DNA of 64,000 nucleotides from Candidatus Omnitrophota bacterium (GCA_028865345.1 JAGWKL010000003.1:128184-192183), one strand, 5' to 3'. Counted from the stretch's first letter, positions 11,001 through 21,985 are shown. The notes: generated from the sequence alone by a model not told the origin. Translations and numbers: made by a program.

Positions 11001-11302
11001 ATTCCCAAATCATCGACCGTATCACCTATCATGTTCCTGCTGATCTGAAGATAAGCTACGTTCCGCCGGGCTATGATCTGGCATCGGCTTTTATGACAGC
11101 CTCTGCCAAGTATACCAAAGGCGACGGCACCATCACCGTGGAAAAGATTTACCATATCAAACGCGCCCTCATCCCTCCGGCGGGCTTTGCCGATGTGGAG
11201 AAATTTTGCCAAGAGCTTGCGAAGAACAATGGCATGTATATCGTCTTAAGAAGGAAATCCGGAGTTTCTCCGGAAACCGAATCGTGGCTTAAAAGCCGAT
11301 GA
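8051..11302 (+). CDS. Pif1/RecD-like SF1B helicase fused in frame to a DUF3857/transglutaminase-like exported protein
   Basis: aa 1-429: GKAGCGKS, LAPTGVAA, TIHSFF, IIDEVSM, GDLFQLPPV, WAVTIHKSQG, YVALSR. Then signal-peptide-like MRKFMFLLFLPLLASLGQA, followed by IQDNFRY...YGDGKD and FVDP. Confidence 0.75.
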   Translation: MNFAELDFNEEFAAAFEALENTGGHVFVTGKAGCGKSTLLQYFRAKTPKNVAVLAPTGVAAINVQGQTIHSFFNFKPDVTPETVGDIPVRKAKRKMYQQLDALIIDEVSMVRADLMDCIDVFLRLYGPHYDRPFGGVQMVFFGDLFQLPPVVGPKERDIFRGHYATPYFFSAKAFETLDFRVLQLEKIYRQKDEHFIRLLNAVRQDSVEGHHWEALNRRFKPQHRFAPEEFYIVLTTTNAIADKVNAQRLYNLPGLPKIYKGIISDKFEQKSLPAPEVLELKGGAQIMMLSNDPDKRWVNGSLGKITSIVVGSDGDDVIMVELENGGSVDVKKHTWEIYQYYFDEVNNAMASKVVGNFTQYPLKLAWAVTIHKSQGQTFDHVVIDVGWGTFSHGQMYVALSRCTTLEGIVLKQPLNQKHIMIDERILQFMRKFMFLLFLPLLASLGQAQTPTLDRSRLVTQDLSRIENKEADPNAWEEKNSDQPYVALLAETDTVIHNDWSVTQDYHARVKIQKEAAKKLGSWPIYYNKAREQITDIEAYFETPDGRRLKATDIKDLPAYGQSPLYSDMRLKVISFPQITIGTVIDIRIKTKIFKEEIPNQFWDEVTYPSIPTKFARYTYVFPADKPIRFSAYNNNMHPLIEKTGGTVKYSFIFEDTSYSEDEDFMPPSDETVGVLSLSSISDWKQVAGWWRDAIHKNTVDDPGISAEVSALTKGKTGDKEKLHAVLEFIQDNFRYVPMSMGNHAVGLHPTPEIFKSRYGDGKDLGLLARQMLEMAGIHADICLMSDEFSGDPQHRLPSLSVFDRVILQASVNGRKYFVDPLAKGYDLGQWPSSYDNAYVLVIASGSSSFQNIPVAGGSFHAVASDSDITVADDGSAQFRVHVKMPVEASEDFKSNWDPADDGSKQKFFDRLQATFAQGGKITDRRVKGLDKRYGQVEFTFKYTAAQVYQTVNDMLLLREQDQGDVPDFELNAPRHYPIFVPTNSQIIDRITYHVPADLKISYVPPGYDLASAFMTASAKYTKGDGTITVEKIYHIKRALIPPAGFADVEKFCQELAKNNGMYIVLRRKSGVSPETESWLKSR

Positions 11303-11338
11303 CATTGCCAAGTCGCTTGGCAAAGCAAGGAACAGGGA

Positions 11339-11941
11339 GTGTTGAAAAATTTTTGGGTCTTCTTGGCAATAGCAGCGGGGGCATGGTTGTTATTTCATCA
11401 TCCCAAAGCCCATTGGCAGGGGCAATTGGCGCCGGCGGACCCTGTGCAAAGTCCGGATAATTTGCCGGCCTCATGGAAGTATAAGGATTTTACCGTGACA
11501 CCCCGGGCCCGATACCATATCAAGGCGGTGGTCCTTTCCAAACACCATTATTGGGGCGAAGTCGAGATTGAGGACACGATCTCATATTATGATCTGGCCC
11601 TGGGTTGGGGGCCCATGAGCGATGCGGCTGTAATCAATCGACTGAACATTACCCAGGACACCCGGTGGTACAATTATTCGTGGCATAATGACCCGCCTAT
11701 CCCCCTTGAGGAGATCATTTCCCACAGCTCCAACAATCACATCATTGCCGGCAATAAGAATGTTTTGGATGCCGTGGCTCATTTTAAGAGGTATGATGTG
11801 GTTGATCTGCAGGGATATTTGGTGGATGTGAAGCTTGACAATAAAGACTGGACCTGGCACACGTCGCTTTCGCGAACCGATACCGGCGGGGGATCATGTG
11901 AGTTGTTTTGGGTGGATGACGCCTTTGATTTAAGTATATGA
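11339..11941 (+). CDS. Conserved hypothetical N-terminally anchored membrane protein
   Basis: N-terminal hydrophobic helix; DLALGWG, SSNNHII, SRTDTGGGSCE motifs; AGGGAG upstream. Confidence 0.7.
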   Translation: MLKNFWVFLAIAAGAWLLFHHPKAHWQGQLAPADPVQSPDNLPASWKYKDFTVTPRARYHIKAVVLSKHHYWGEVEIEDTISYYDLALGWGPMSDAAVINRLNITQDTRWYNYSWHNDPPIPLEEIISHSSNNHIIAGNKNVLDAVAHFKRYDVVDLQGYLVDVKLDNKDWTWHTSLSRTDTGGGSCELFWVDDAFDLSI

Positions 11942-13878
11942 AAAGCCTGTGGAATGACAAAGAAGCTGTAAAATCAGGACCAGACGCTCTCGCCTTGCGC
12001 GTTTATACCTCGCGGTTGCTTGGGCGCAAGCCGGGCCTCGTCATGCACGGAGGGGGAAACACATCGGTCAAGGCCGAGGTGAAGGACTTTTTTGGCCGAA
12101 AGCAGGAAGTGATTTATATCAAGGCCAGCGGTTGGGATCTGGCCACGATCAAATCCGAAGGTTTTGCGGCGGTCAAAATGGATGCGCTTCTGGCAATGGC
12201 GGCCATGAAGCAATTGAGCGACACGGACATGGTGCGCGGGCAGAGGGCCGCCATGCTTGATCCTTATGCGCCCAACCCTTCAGTGGAAGCTATTCTTCAT
12301 GCCATTATCCCTTATAAGTACGTGGACCATTCGCATGCCGATGCTGTGGTGACCATCACCAACACCCCCGATGGAAAACGGCGCATCCAAGAGATTTACG
12401 GCACTCGTGTATTGATTGTCCCTTACGTGATGCCCGGATTTGTTTTGGCGCGCAAGGTTTATGAAGTGACGCGAGGGGGCGATTGGTCCCGATACGACGG
12501 CATGATTTTATTAAACCACGGCCTTTTTACCTTCGCAAACAGCGCCAAAGAAAGTTATGAGAACCATATCAGGCTGGTCACCAAGGCCGAACAATACATA
12601 AAGAAGAGGAACATTAAATTGGCGTCCGCCAAGCCCATGCCAGACGATTTGGTAGGATTGGCCCGTCTTCGACGGGCGGTGAGCCGCGTTCAGGGCGGAG
12701 CCGTGGTGGCGTTATTAAAAGATGACGCTCGCAGCGTCGGTTTCAGCCGGTTGTCCAAAGTCAATAATTTAGCCGCACGCGGGACCCTGACCCCGGACCA
12801 TGTGATCCGTACCAAGTCTAAGGCCGTTATCATTCATAAAAATGTTGAAACGGATGTGAATGAATACGCGAGAACTTATAAAGAATATTTTGACCGGCAT
12901 GCGGGAGATCAATTGAAATGTTTGGATCTGGCGCCGCGCTGGGCCGTATGGCCAGGCCATGGGGTGGTGACTTTCGGTCGTTCCCCGAACGAAGCTGCGA
13001 TTGTCGGCGATATCGTTGACCATACCCTGCCGGCCATCCAACGGGCAGAGGTTATGGGAGGCTGGAAGACCATAAGTGAAAACGATCTCTTTGATGTCGA
13101 ATATTGGGAATTGGAACAAGCCAAGTTGTCTAGAAACCCGAAGCCTAAAGGCTTAATCGGGAAAGTCGCTTTGGTGACGGGCGCCGCTTCGGGTATCGGC
13201 AAGGCTTGCAAAGAGTGTTTACAGGCTGAAGGAGCCAATGTGGTCGGTTTGGACATTAAAAGCGGCCCCGATCATATGCAGTGTGATGTGACCCGGGAAG
13301 CGCAAGTCAGGAAAGCCGTTGAACATACCGTGCGCCGTTTCGGAGGACTGGATATCATCGTCAGCAATGCCGGGGTTTTTCCGCCGAGCATGAACATCGA
13401 GTCAATGCAGCCGTCAGCCTGGGAGAAAAGCCTGCAGTTAAATTTAACCGGTCACCAGTACCTGATCAAGCACGCCATTCCTTATTTGACTTACGGCATT
13501 GACCCGGCGATCGTCATCATCGCCTCCAAAAATGTTCCCGCTCCCGGCCCGGGCGCTGCGGCTTATTCCGTCGCTAAAGCAGGGCTGACACAGTTAGGCA
13601 GGGTGGCGGCCCTGGAATTGGGGGCCAAAGGAGTCCGGGTCAACATGGTCCATCCCAATCAGGTCTTTGATACCGCCATATGGACCAGGGACGTTCTTGA
13701 GAAACGCGCCAGACATTACGGCATGTCCGTTGAGGAATACAAGACCAGTAATATCCTGCATACAACCATCACTTCAAAAGATGTGGCCCAACTCGTCTGC
13801 GCCATGGCCGGTCCGGCCTTTGCCAAGACCACCGGTTCACAAATTCCTATCGACGGCGGCAATGAAAGGGTTATTTAA
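11938..13878 (+). CDS. Bifunctional class II aldolase / short-chain dehydrogenase (RhaD-SDR/YuxG-like)
   Basis: GGGNTSVK, PSVE, HSH, NHG, then TGAASGIG, NAG, YxxxK. Confidence 0.88.
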   Translation: MKSLWNDKEAVKSGPDALALRVYTSRLLGRKPGLVMHGGGNTSVKAEVKDFFGRKQEVIYIKASGWDLATIKSEGFAAVKMDALLAMAAMKQLSDTDMVRGQRAAMLDPYAPNPSVEAILHAIIPYKYVDHSHADAVVTITNTPDGKRRIQEIYGTRVLIVPYVMPGFVLARKVYEVTRGGDWSRYDGMILLNHGLFTFANSAKESYENHIRLVTKAEQYIKKRNIKLASAKPMPDDLVGLARLRRAVSRVQGGAVVALLKDDARSVGFSRLSKVNNLAARGTLTPDHVIRTKSKAVIIHKNVETDVNEYARTYKEYFDRHAGDQLKCLDLAPRWAVWPGHGVVTFGRSPNEAAIVGDIVDHTLPAIQRAEVMGGWKTISENDLFDVEYWELEQAKLSRNPKPKGLIGKVALVTGAASGIGKACKECLQAEGANVVGLDIKSGPDHMQCDVTREAQVRKAVEHTVRRFGGLDIIVSNAGVFPPSMNIESMQPSAWEKSLQLNLTGHQYLIKHAIPYLTYGIDPAIVIIASKNVPAPGPGAAAYSVAKAGLTQLGRVAALELGAKGVRVNMVHPNQVFDTAIWTRDVLEKRARHYGMSVEEYKTSNILHTTITSKDVAQLVCAMAGPAFAKTTGSQIPIDGGNERVI

Positions 13879-15078
13879 TTATCTCCGGCGCAGGCGCATG
13901 CGGCGCGGTGTCTGAAAAGCCATGACCGGCGCCTTGGGCTGATGGAATTTCTCCAAAGGTATGGTGGGGTGGCTTTGGGCCACGGGAAGGGTCTGGTTGA
14001 TAATGCGTTCGATGTTTTTGACGTCCAGCCGCTGGTCAGGAGTGGCAAAGGAAGCGGCATGGCCGGCAAAACCCGCGCGGCCGGTGCGGCCGATGCGGTG
14101 GACGTAATTTTCCGGATCATCGGGCAGGTCGTAATTGATGACCAGCTCTATGCCTTTGACATCGATGCCGCGCGCGGCGATGTCCGTAGCCACCAGAATG
14201 CGGTATTTCCCGCGCTTGAAGCCTTCCAAAGCCTCCTTGCGCTGTCCCAAAGAGCGGTCTGAATGTGTTTCCGCGGCATTATGCTTCGCGTGGCGCAATT
14301 GCCTGGTCAGACGCGCTACGCCGAATTTGGTACGGCAAAAGATCAGCACCGATCCTTTATATTGGGCCAGCGTACTTTCCAATAATTGGTTTTTAAATTC
14401 TTTGCGCACGATGAACAGTTCCTGGGAGATCTTGTCCGCCATGGTGCCGGCAGGCGCCACTTCCACGCGCACGGGTAGTTTCATATAGCTTTTGGCAATG
14501 TTCACGATCGTTTCCGGCATGGTCGCTGAAAAGAGCATGGTTTGCCTGTCCTGAGGGACTTGCTTGAGCAGGGTGGCGATCTGGGGCCCAAAGCCCATGT
14601 CCAGCATGCGGTCGGCTTCGTCCAGGACCAGGATATGGATGTCGTGAAGGTTTAAGGTTTTCTGCTGCATGTGGTCGATCAGGCGGCCGGGGGTACCGAT
14701 CAAAATGCGCGGGTGCGAGCGCAGGTGTTGGATCTGTTTGCCCATGGAATCCCCGCCGATCAAGACCACGGTGCCCATTCCCAGGGCGGTGGCTATCTTG
14801 CGTAGGCTCTCATCGACCTGAATGGCCAATTCGCGGGTGGGGACAACCACCAGGGCGCGGCCCTTGATCTGGGCCAGGCGCTGGATCAAAGGGATGCCGA
14901 AGGCAATGGTCTTGCCTGTGCCGGTCTGGGCAATGCCCATGACATCCTGGCCTTGCAGCCCTATCGGAATGGCCTGATACTGAATTTTAGTGGGGGTCGT
15001 GAATTTTAAACGTTCGATGACGCTTAAAATTGCGGGAGCGATGCCTAATCCGTAAAAGTTGGGTTCGTTTTGAGACAT
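13879..15078 (-). CDS. DEAD-box RNA helicase (RhlE-like)
   Basis: AQTGTGKT, PTRELA, DEAD, SAT, ARGID, HRIGRTGR. Confidence 0.95.
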   Translation of the reverse strand: MSQNEPNFYGLGIAPAILSVIERLKFTTPTKIQYQAIPIGLQGQDVMGIAQTGTGKTIAFGIPLIQRLAQIKGRALVVVPTRELAIQVDESLRKIATALGMGTVVLIGGDSMGKQIQHLRSHPRILIGTPGRLIDHMQQKTLNLHDIHILVLDEADRMLDMGFGPQIATLLKQVPQDRQTMLFSATMPETIVNIAKSYMKLPVRVEVAPAGTMADKISQELFIVRKEFKNQLLESTLAQYKGSVLIFCRTKFGVARLTRQLRHAKHNAAETHSDRSLGQRKEALEGFKRGKYRILVATDIAARGIDVKGIELVINYDLPDDPENYVHRIGRTGRAGFAGHAASFATPDQRLDVKNIERIINQTLPVAQSHPTIPLEKFHQPKAPVMAFQTPRRMRLRRR

Positions 15079-15158
15079 AATTGACTTTCTTTTTTAACTG
15101 TTTGTAAGGCCAACAGCCTAACACTATTTGGCCGAATATGCAAGGACTGCCAATTTCG

Positions 15159-16828
<1,670 letters not shown>

Positions 16829-16926
16829 AAGCGATTTACGGAGAGGCGGGTCGAATCGTGGAAAAACATTCGGCGACACGACACCTCTCCCTTTCTGGAA
16901 ATTATTTGATATAGTTGTTTTTGGTC

Positions 16927-17018
16927 GGAGAGGTGGCCGAGTGGTTTAAGGCGCGCGCCTGGAAAGCGCGTGGACGCCGAAAGGCGTCTCGGGAGTTCGA
17001 ATCTCCCCTTCTCCGCCA
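16927..17018 (+). tRNA. tRNA-Ser(GGA)
   Basis: Cloverleaf with long variable arm, CGCGC-CTGGAAA-GCGCG anticodon arm, GTTCGAATC, CCA. Confidence 0.96.
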
Positions 17019-17238
17019 GTTTTTGAGCAGCAGTTACAAACATCTCAGGCCCTCATTATAAATAGATTACAACTTTCATTGCAACTGTTTGTAACGAAGT
17101 TGTAATTTTTTATTTCCGTTTCCCTCCCATCGGCAGGAAGTTTTCGCGAGTACATGGGGAAATTGAGTGTTAAATAGGGTTTTTTGGTTATAATAAGGAA
17201 TTGAATGAAATTATAATCATATAAAAAAGGAAGAGAAT

Positions 17239-17688
17239 ATGGCCTTTCCAAAGAAGAGAAAGATTTTTTCCACCAGCAACCCTTATGAGGTAAGGTATGT
17301 GTTATTGGCTTTTTTGCCGGGTTTGCTTGCCCTTCTGAGTTTGGCTGTGGCCCTGCTGTACGTTGGAGGCCAGGTCGTATGGGTCGTGCGTTTGGGGCAT
17401 CATATCAATTTTTCTGAGGCGGTCATCGCATGGATCACGGCATGGTACAGGCCCGTGATCATTCTTTTATGCGGGCTTTATGTTTTATCGGTGGTCTGGG
17501 CTTTCAATATGGCCCGTAACGTTCTCGGGGCCTTTACCAGGTTGATCCCGGAGATGGACGCGATCATCGAAGGCCGTTCGCAGAAATTGCTGACCGCCAG
17601 GCCGGGGGACCGCCTGGCCCAGGAGTTACTCAAACGTATCAATGTCTTTGTCCGCAGTTATATCGCACATCAAAAATCGGGGCAATGA
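17239..17688 (+). CDS. Hypothetical two-TM membrane protein with HAMP-like C-terminus
   Basis: Two hydrophobic helices, then LTARPGDRLAQELLKRIN; AGGAAG SD. Confidence 0.6.
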   Translation: MAFPKKRKIFSTSNPYEVRYVLLAFLPGLLALLSLAVALLYVGGQVVWVVRLGHHINFSEAVIAWITAWYRPVIILLCGLYVLSVVWAFNMARNVLGAFTRLIPEMDAIIEGRSQKLLTARPGDRLAQELLKRINVFVRSYIAHQKSGQ

Positions 17689-17701
17689 TTGGAAGAAAAA
17701 A

Positions 17702-18916
17702 TCAGATTGGGTACGCTGTTTCCAAAATTACCTTCGCGGCGCGTTGGCTTGCCCCCGGTTCGCCCAGGGAATCCTTGACCGCGGCCAGTTCGTCGATGAT
17801 CCGGTGGTTGTACAGGACGCTTTCCATGGCATCACTAAGGCGCTTAGCGGTTGCGTCGTTTTGCAGCAGTTCTTCCACTATTTTTTTACCGGCCACGACA
17901 TTGACCAGCCCTATATAAGGGATTTTAATGACGGTCTTGGCAACGGCATAGGTCAGCCATGAAGTTTTGTAAATGATGACCATCGGTTTTTTCAAGAGCG
18001 CGCATTCCAACGTCGCCGTGCCCGAAGCGACCATAACAGCGTCTGCAGCATTGATCCCGTCATAAGGGTTGCCATCATAAATTTTCAGAGGGAAATGTTC
18101 CAGTTCTTCGAAAGGCCCCAGCATCGCTTCAGGCGCATGCTTTAAAGGGACATCCGGCAGGGTCATCACTGAATCCATTTGGAAGGACGATACAATCGAT
18201 TCTATAAGTTTTAAAGGGATGGAGGAGGCTTTGAGTAAAATGAATTGGCGCTCCCGGTTGCGGCTGTAAAGGAGCTTGGCCGCTTCCAGCATGCAGGGCA
18301 GATGCCGCTCGACTTCCTTCAGGCGCGAGCCGGGCATGAGGCCTATGGTCGTTTTGCTGGCAGAAAGCCCCAGGGCTTTCAAAACTTCCGTCTGGTCATG
18401 GTTGACGATGATCTCCTCGGCCAAGGGATGTCCGGCATAATCGGCCTTCATCCCGTATTTTTCATAAAGCTGTTTTTCAAAAGGGAATAAAACGATCATC
18501 CGGTCGACCAACTTTTTGATTTTCAGGATTCGGTTTTCTCTCCAGGCCCAGACTTGAGGAGAGATGTAATAAATGACCTTGAGCCCGCGTTTTTTTATTT
18601 CCCCGGCCAGGCGCAGGTTAAACCCCGGATAATCGACCAGCACCACGGCATCGGGGCGGGAGGCATCGATTTGCGCTAACGTTTGTCTGAATACTTTTTT
18701 GATGCGGTTGAAATTTTTGACGACTTCGGCAATGCCGATGACCGCAAGCTCGGTTATATCGGCAAAACATTCGACGCCGGCCCGGCGCATATGCTCGCCG
18801 CCGATGCCGGAAAGGCGCAGGGAAGAATCGAGCCGTTTTAAAGCGCGGGCCAGGCCGGCGGCGCGCATGTCGCCGGAAGCTTCTCCCGCAATGATCATTA
18901 CATGGCGGTTTTTCAT
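17702..18916 (-). CDS. lpxB: Lipid-A-disaccharide synthase
   Basis: AGEASGD, DYPGFN, SPQVWAWR, PGSR, SGTATLE. Confidence 0.96.
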   Translation of the reverse strand: MKNRHVMIIAGEASGDMRAAGLARALKRLDSSLRLSGIGGEHMRRAGVECFADITELAVIGIAEVVKNFNRIKKVFRQTLAQIDASRPDAVVLVDYPGFNLRLAGEIKKRGLKVIYYISPQVWAWRENRILKIKKLVDRMIVLFPFEKQLYEKYGMKADYAGHPLAEEIIVNHDQTEVLKALGLSASKTTIGLMPGSRLKEVERHLPCMLEAAKLLYSRNRERQFILLKASSIPLKLIESIVSSFQMDSVMTLPDVPLKHAPEAMLGPFEELEHFPLKIYDGNPYDGINAADAVMVASGTATLECALLKKPMVIIYKTSWLTYAVAKTVIKIPYIGLVNVVAGKKIVEELLQNDATAKRLSDAMESVLYNHRIIDELAAVKDSLGEPGASQRAAKVILETAYPI

Positions 18917-18956
18917 GGCCGTTTGCTTTCGCCGTCGATGAAACAGGGAATATCGA

Positions 18957-19892
18957 TCACGATATGCTTTGACGGTGTTCCCATATTTTTTGGGTGATGT
19001 CGAGGGCGATTTTCAAAGCCTCGCGGCCTTCGACACCGGAGACCTTGGGGGTTTTGTCCTCACGCACGCAGTCGAGAAAATGCTCAAGTTCTTTTTTCAG
19101 GGGCTCTTCTTTTTCGATGGGGATGTTGCGCTTACTGATGCCGCGTTCATCCTTATTGTAGATGCTGGCTTCCTGTTTGGCGTAGTCCAGGGAAATGTAG
19201 GCGTTTTTGGTGAACATCCTGATTTTACGGGTGACCTCCGGCGAAATACGGCTGGCCGTGACATTGCACACACAGCCGTTGGCAAAGGTCAGGCGGCAAT
19301 TGGCAATGTCCTCTTTGTCCGTCAATACATTGATGCCCACGGCCTGGATGTCTTTCAAGGGCGATTTCACCAGCCCCAGGATGATGTCGATGTCATGGAT
19401 CATCAGGTCCATGACCACCCCGATGTCCAGCGAACGGTTGGGAAACATGTTCAACCGGTGGCACTCGACGAATAGGGGGTTTTGGGCAACGGTTTCGATG
19501 GCGGTGAAAGCGCTGTTGAAACGCTCCACGTGGCCGACTTGTAATTTCAGGCCTTTTTGGGCTGCCAGGTCAATAAGCCCCTCGGCTTCCATCAAGCTAT
19601 TCGTCATGGGTTTTTCCACAAAAGCATGGACTCCTTTATTAAGGAAATAGGTGGCGATCGCGGCATGGGTGTTGGTGGGCGTGCAAATGCTCACCGCGTC
19701 AAGAGGCAGAGGGATGTCCCTGTAATCGGCGAATACGGGCACGCGGTATTGTTTCCCCAGCGGTTGGGCATGTTCCATGTGGTGGTCGCAGATGGCCGTG
19801 ATATTGGCTTTGGCCTTAAGGGCATTAAGACATTTGAGATGGCGTGTCCCCAGGAAACCGCAGCCGATTAAAGCGATATTTGTTCTTTTCAT
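18957..19892 (-). CDS. Gfo/Idh/MocA oxidoreductase, GnnA-like
   Basis: GxGxxG, EKP, VGHVERFN, DLMIHDID; directly upstream of lpxB. Confidence 0.8.
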   Translation of the reverse strand: MKRTNIALIGCGFLGTRHLKCLNALKAKANITAICDHHMEHAQPLGKQYRVPVFADYRDIPLPLDAVSICTPTNTHAAIATYFLNKGVHAFVEKPMTNSLMEAEGLIDLAAQKGLKLQVGHVERFNSAFTAIETVAQNPLFVECHRLNMFPNRSLDIGVVMDLMIHDIDIILGLVKSPLKDIQAVGINVLTDKEDIANCRLTFANGCVCNVTASRISPEVTRKIRMFTKNAYISLDYAKQEASIYNKDERGISKRNIPIEKEEPLKKELEHFLDCVREDKTPKVSGVEGREALKIALDITQKIWEHRQSIS

Positions 19893-19955
19893 ATAAAATT
19901 AACAATAACAAAGCCGTTGCAAATTGTCAAACGTCATGCTACATTACGGTTTCCT

Positions 19956-21752
19956 ATGAAAAATTACTTGAAACTGTTAAAGTTCCTCAAAGGTTATGAG
20001 GGACGTTTCGGCGTTGCCGTTGTTTTTATCGTTCTCTCGTCTCTGTTTGAGGGTGTCCAGCTGACATTTATCCTGCCGGTGGTGGACCGTATTTTTGAAA
20101 ACAAGCCCATTGTCATCCCCAATAAGGTCCCGGCTGTTTTGGCGCACCTGGTCAACAAGCTCAACGCCATGGATGTCCATACCCTGTTTTGGCTGACCCC
20201 CTTGTGCTTTATGGTCCTTTTTACCATCAAGCAGGTGGTTTTGTTTTTTTCGGATTATATGATGAATGATATCGCCCAGGGGGTCATGCGTGATGTGCGT
20301 TCCCGTGTTTTTGAACGCATGCAGACTTTGTCCCTGGATTTTTTCAGCCGCAAACGCACCGGCGAGTTGATCTCCCGCATCACCAACGATGTGGGGACCA
20401 TCGAGAACGCGATTTCCTACGCGGTCACGGATTTGGTCAAACAACCGGTTTTGATCGTGGTCTTCATGGTGATATCCATCATGATCAACACCAAGGGGAC
20501 CATCATCGTGCTCTTGATGTTCCCTTTGATCGGTTGGCCCATGGTCCTGATCAACAGGAAATTACGCAAGATCGCCAAAAATACGCAGGAAAAAATGGCG
20601 GACATCAATTCTCTTTTGATGGAGACCATATCAGGCGTCCGTATTCTGAAAGCTTTCGGCACGGAAAAGTATGAGATCCAGCGCTTCCGGCACCAGAGCC
20701 ATGATTATTATAAATTGCGCATGAAGACATTCATCAATATGAATATGATGGGGCCCATCACCGAAATGGTGGGGGCTTTGTGCGGCATGGCGATCCTTTT
20801 GATCCTGGGCAATGATGTGCTTGGCGGTCATTTGTCTTTCGGCGTGTTCCTGCTTTCCATCATTTCCATCACCCAGGTCATACGGCCTATCAAACGCATG
20901 GCCAATGTGATGACCATTGTGCAGCAGGCTCTGGTCGCCAATACGCGCATCTATGAAGTCCTGGAGACCAAGCCCACGGTCGTCGAACGGCAGGACGCCC
21001 TTGAATTGGAAACGTTTAAAAGTAAAATTACCATGGAAGGGGTCAGCTTCAGTTATGAAACGGACTCAGGGCTTGTTTTAAGCGATATCGACCTGGTTCT
21101 TAAAAAAGGGGAACTGGTGGCCGTGGTCGGCCCCACCGGTGCGGGCAAATCCACCCTGGTCAATCTGATCCCGCGTTTTTACGATGCCGTCAAGGGCCGG
21201 GTTTTATTCGACGGGACGGATGTCAGGGGTGTTTCTTTTAAATCGTTGCGCGGCCAGGTGGGCATTGTGACCCAGGAAGCCATCCTTTTTAACGACACGG
21301 TCAGAAACAATATTGCCTATGGAACTTTTGATGTGACTCTGGATGGCATTCAACAGGCGGCCCGAATGGCCTTTGCGGACCGGTTCATCGAAAAGATGCC
21401 TAAAGGCTACGACACCTTTATCGGGGACAGGGGCTTCAGGCTTTCAGGAGGGGAAAAACAGCGTTTGACCATTGCCCGCGCCATTGTCAAAAACCCGCCC
21501 ATCCTGATCCTGGATGAGGCGACTTCCCAGCTGGACTCGGAGTCGGAAAAATACGTGCAGGAGGCGTTGGACAAGTTGATGATGGGGCGTACGGTCATCG
21601 CCATTGCCCACCGTCTGTCCACCATTATGAAGGCAGATAAAATTGTGGTATTGGAACATGGAAAAATAGTTGGACAAGGCCGGCACGACGATCTGCTGTT
21701 TTCCTGCCCTTTATACCGCAGGCTTTATGAAACCCAGTTCCGCGCGGCGTAA
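19956..21752 (+). CDS. msbA: Lipid A export ABC transporter (MsbA-like)
   Basis: TM domain plus GPTGAGKS, LSGGEKQR, LDEATS, IAHRLST; lipid A context. Confidence 0.85.
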   Translation: MKNYLKLLKFLKGYEGRFGVAVVFIVLSSLFEGVQLTFILPVVDRIFENKPIVIPNKVPAVLAHLVNKLNAMDVHTLFWLTPLCFMVLFTIKQVVLFFSDYMMNDIAQGVMRDVRSRVFERMQTLSLDFFSRKRTGELISRITNDVGTIENAISYAVTDLVKQPVLIVVFMVISIMINTKGTIIVLLMFPLIGWPMVLINRKLRKIAKNTQEKMADINSLLMETISGVRILKAFGTEKYEIQRFRHQSHDYYKLRMKTFINMNMMGPITEMVGALCGMAILLILGNDVLGGHLSFGVFLLSIISITQVIRPIKRMANVMTIVQQALVANTRIYEVLETKPTVVERQDALELETFKSKITMEGVSFSYETDSGLVLSDIDLVLKKGELVAVVGPTGAGKSTLVNLIPRFYDAVKGRVLFDGTDVRGVSFKSLRGQVGIVTQEAILFNDTVRNNIAYGTFDVTLDGIQQAARMAFADRFIEKMPKGYDTFIGDRGFRLSGGEKQRLTIARAIVKNPPILILDEATSQLDSESEKYVQEALDKLMMGRTVIAIAHRLSTIMKADKIVVLEHGKIVGQGRHDDLLFSCPLYRRLYETQFRAA

Positions 21753-21786
21753 GAACCTGTCCCCGGACTCGGGGACCAAAATTTTA

Positions 21787-21985
21787 TTGCAAAAACATAA
21801 GTCTTTGTTATAGTAAATGTTCAATTTAATGCCCTTGGACGGGCTTTCCGGCCGGGGTCTACAATGGCCGCTTTTGAGGGGCATGAGGTAAAAACTCAAG
21901 GCAGGCCGCAAATCTGAAAATTCCGTCTTGACCTGATTGTCAGCACAATCCGCCGGCGGAACAAGAGAAGAAAGGAAGTAAACGC
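21787..21985 (+). promoter_or_regulatory. rpsB promoter and about 165-nt 5' leader
   Basis: TTGCAA-16 nt-TATAGT with TGn extension; GC-rich non-coding leader before rpsB. Confidence 0.5.
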
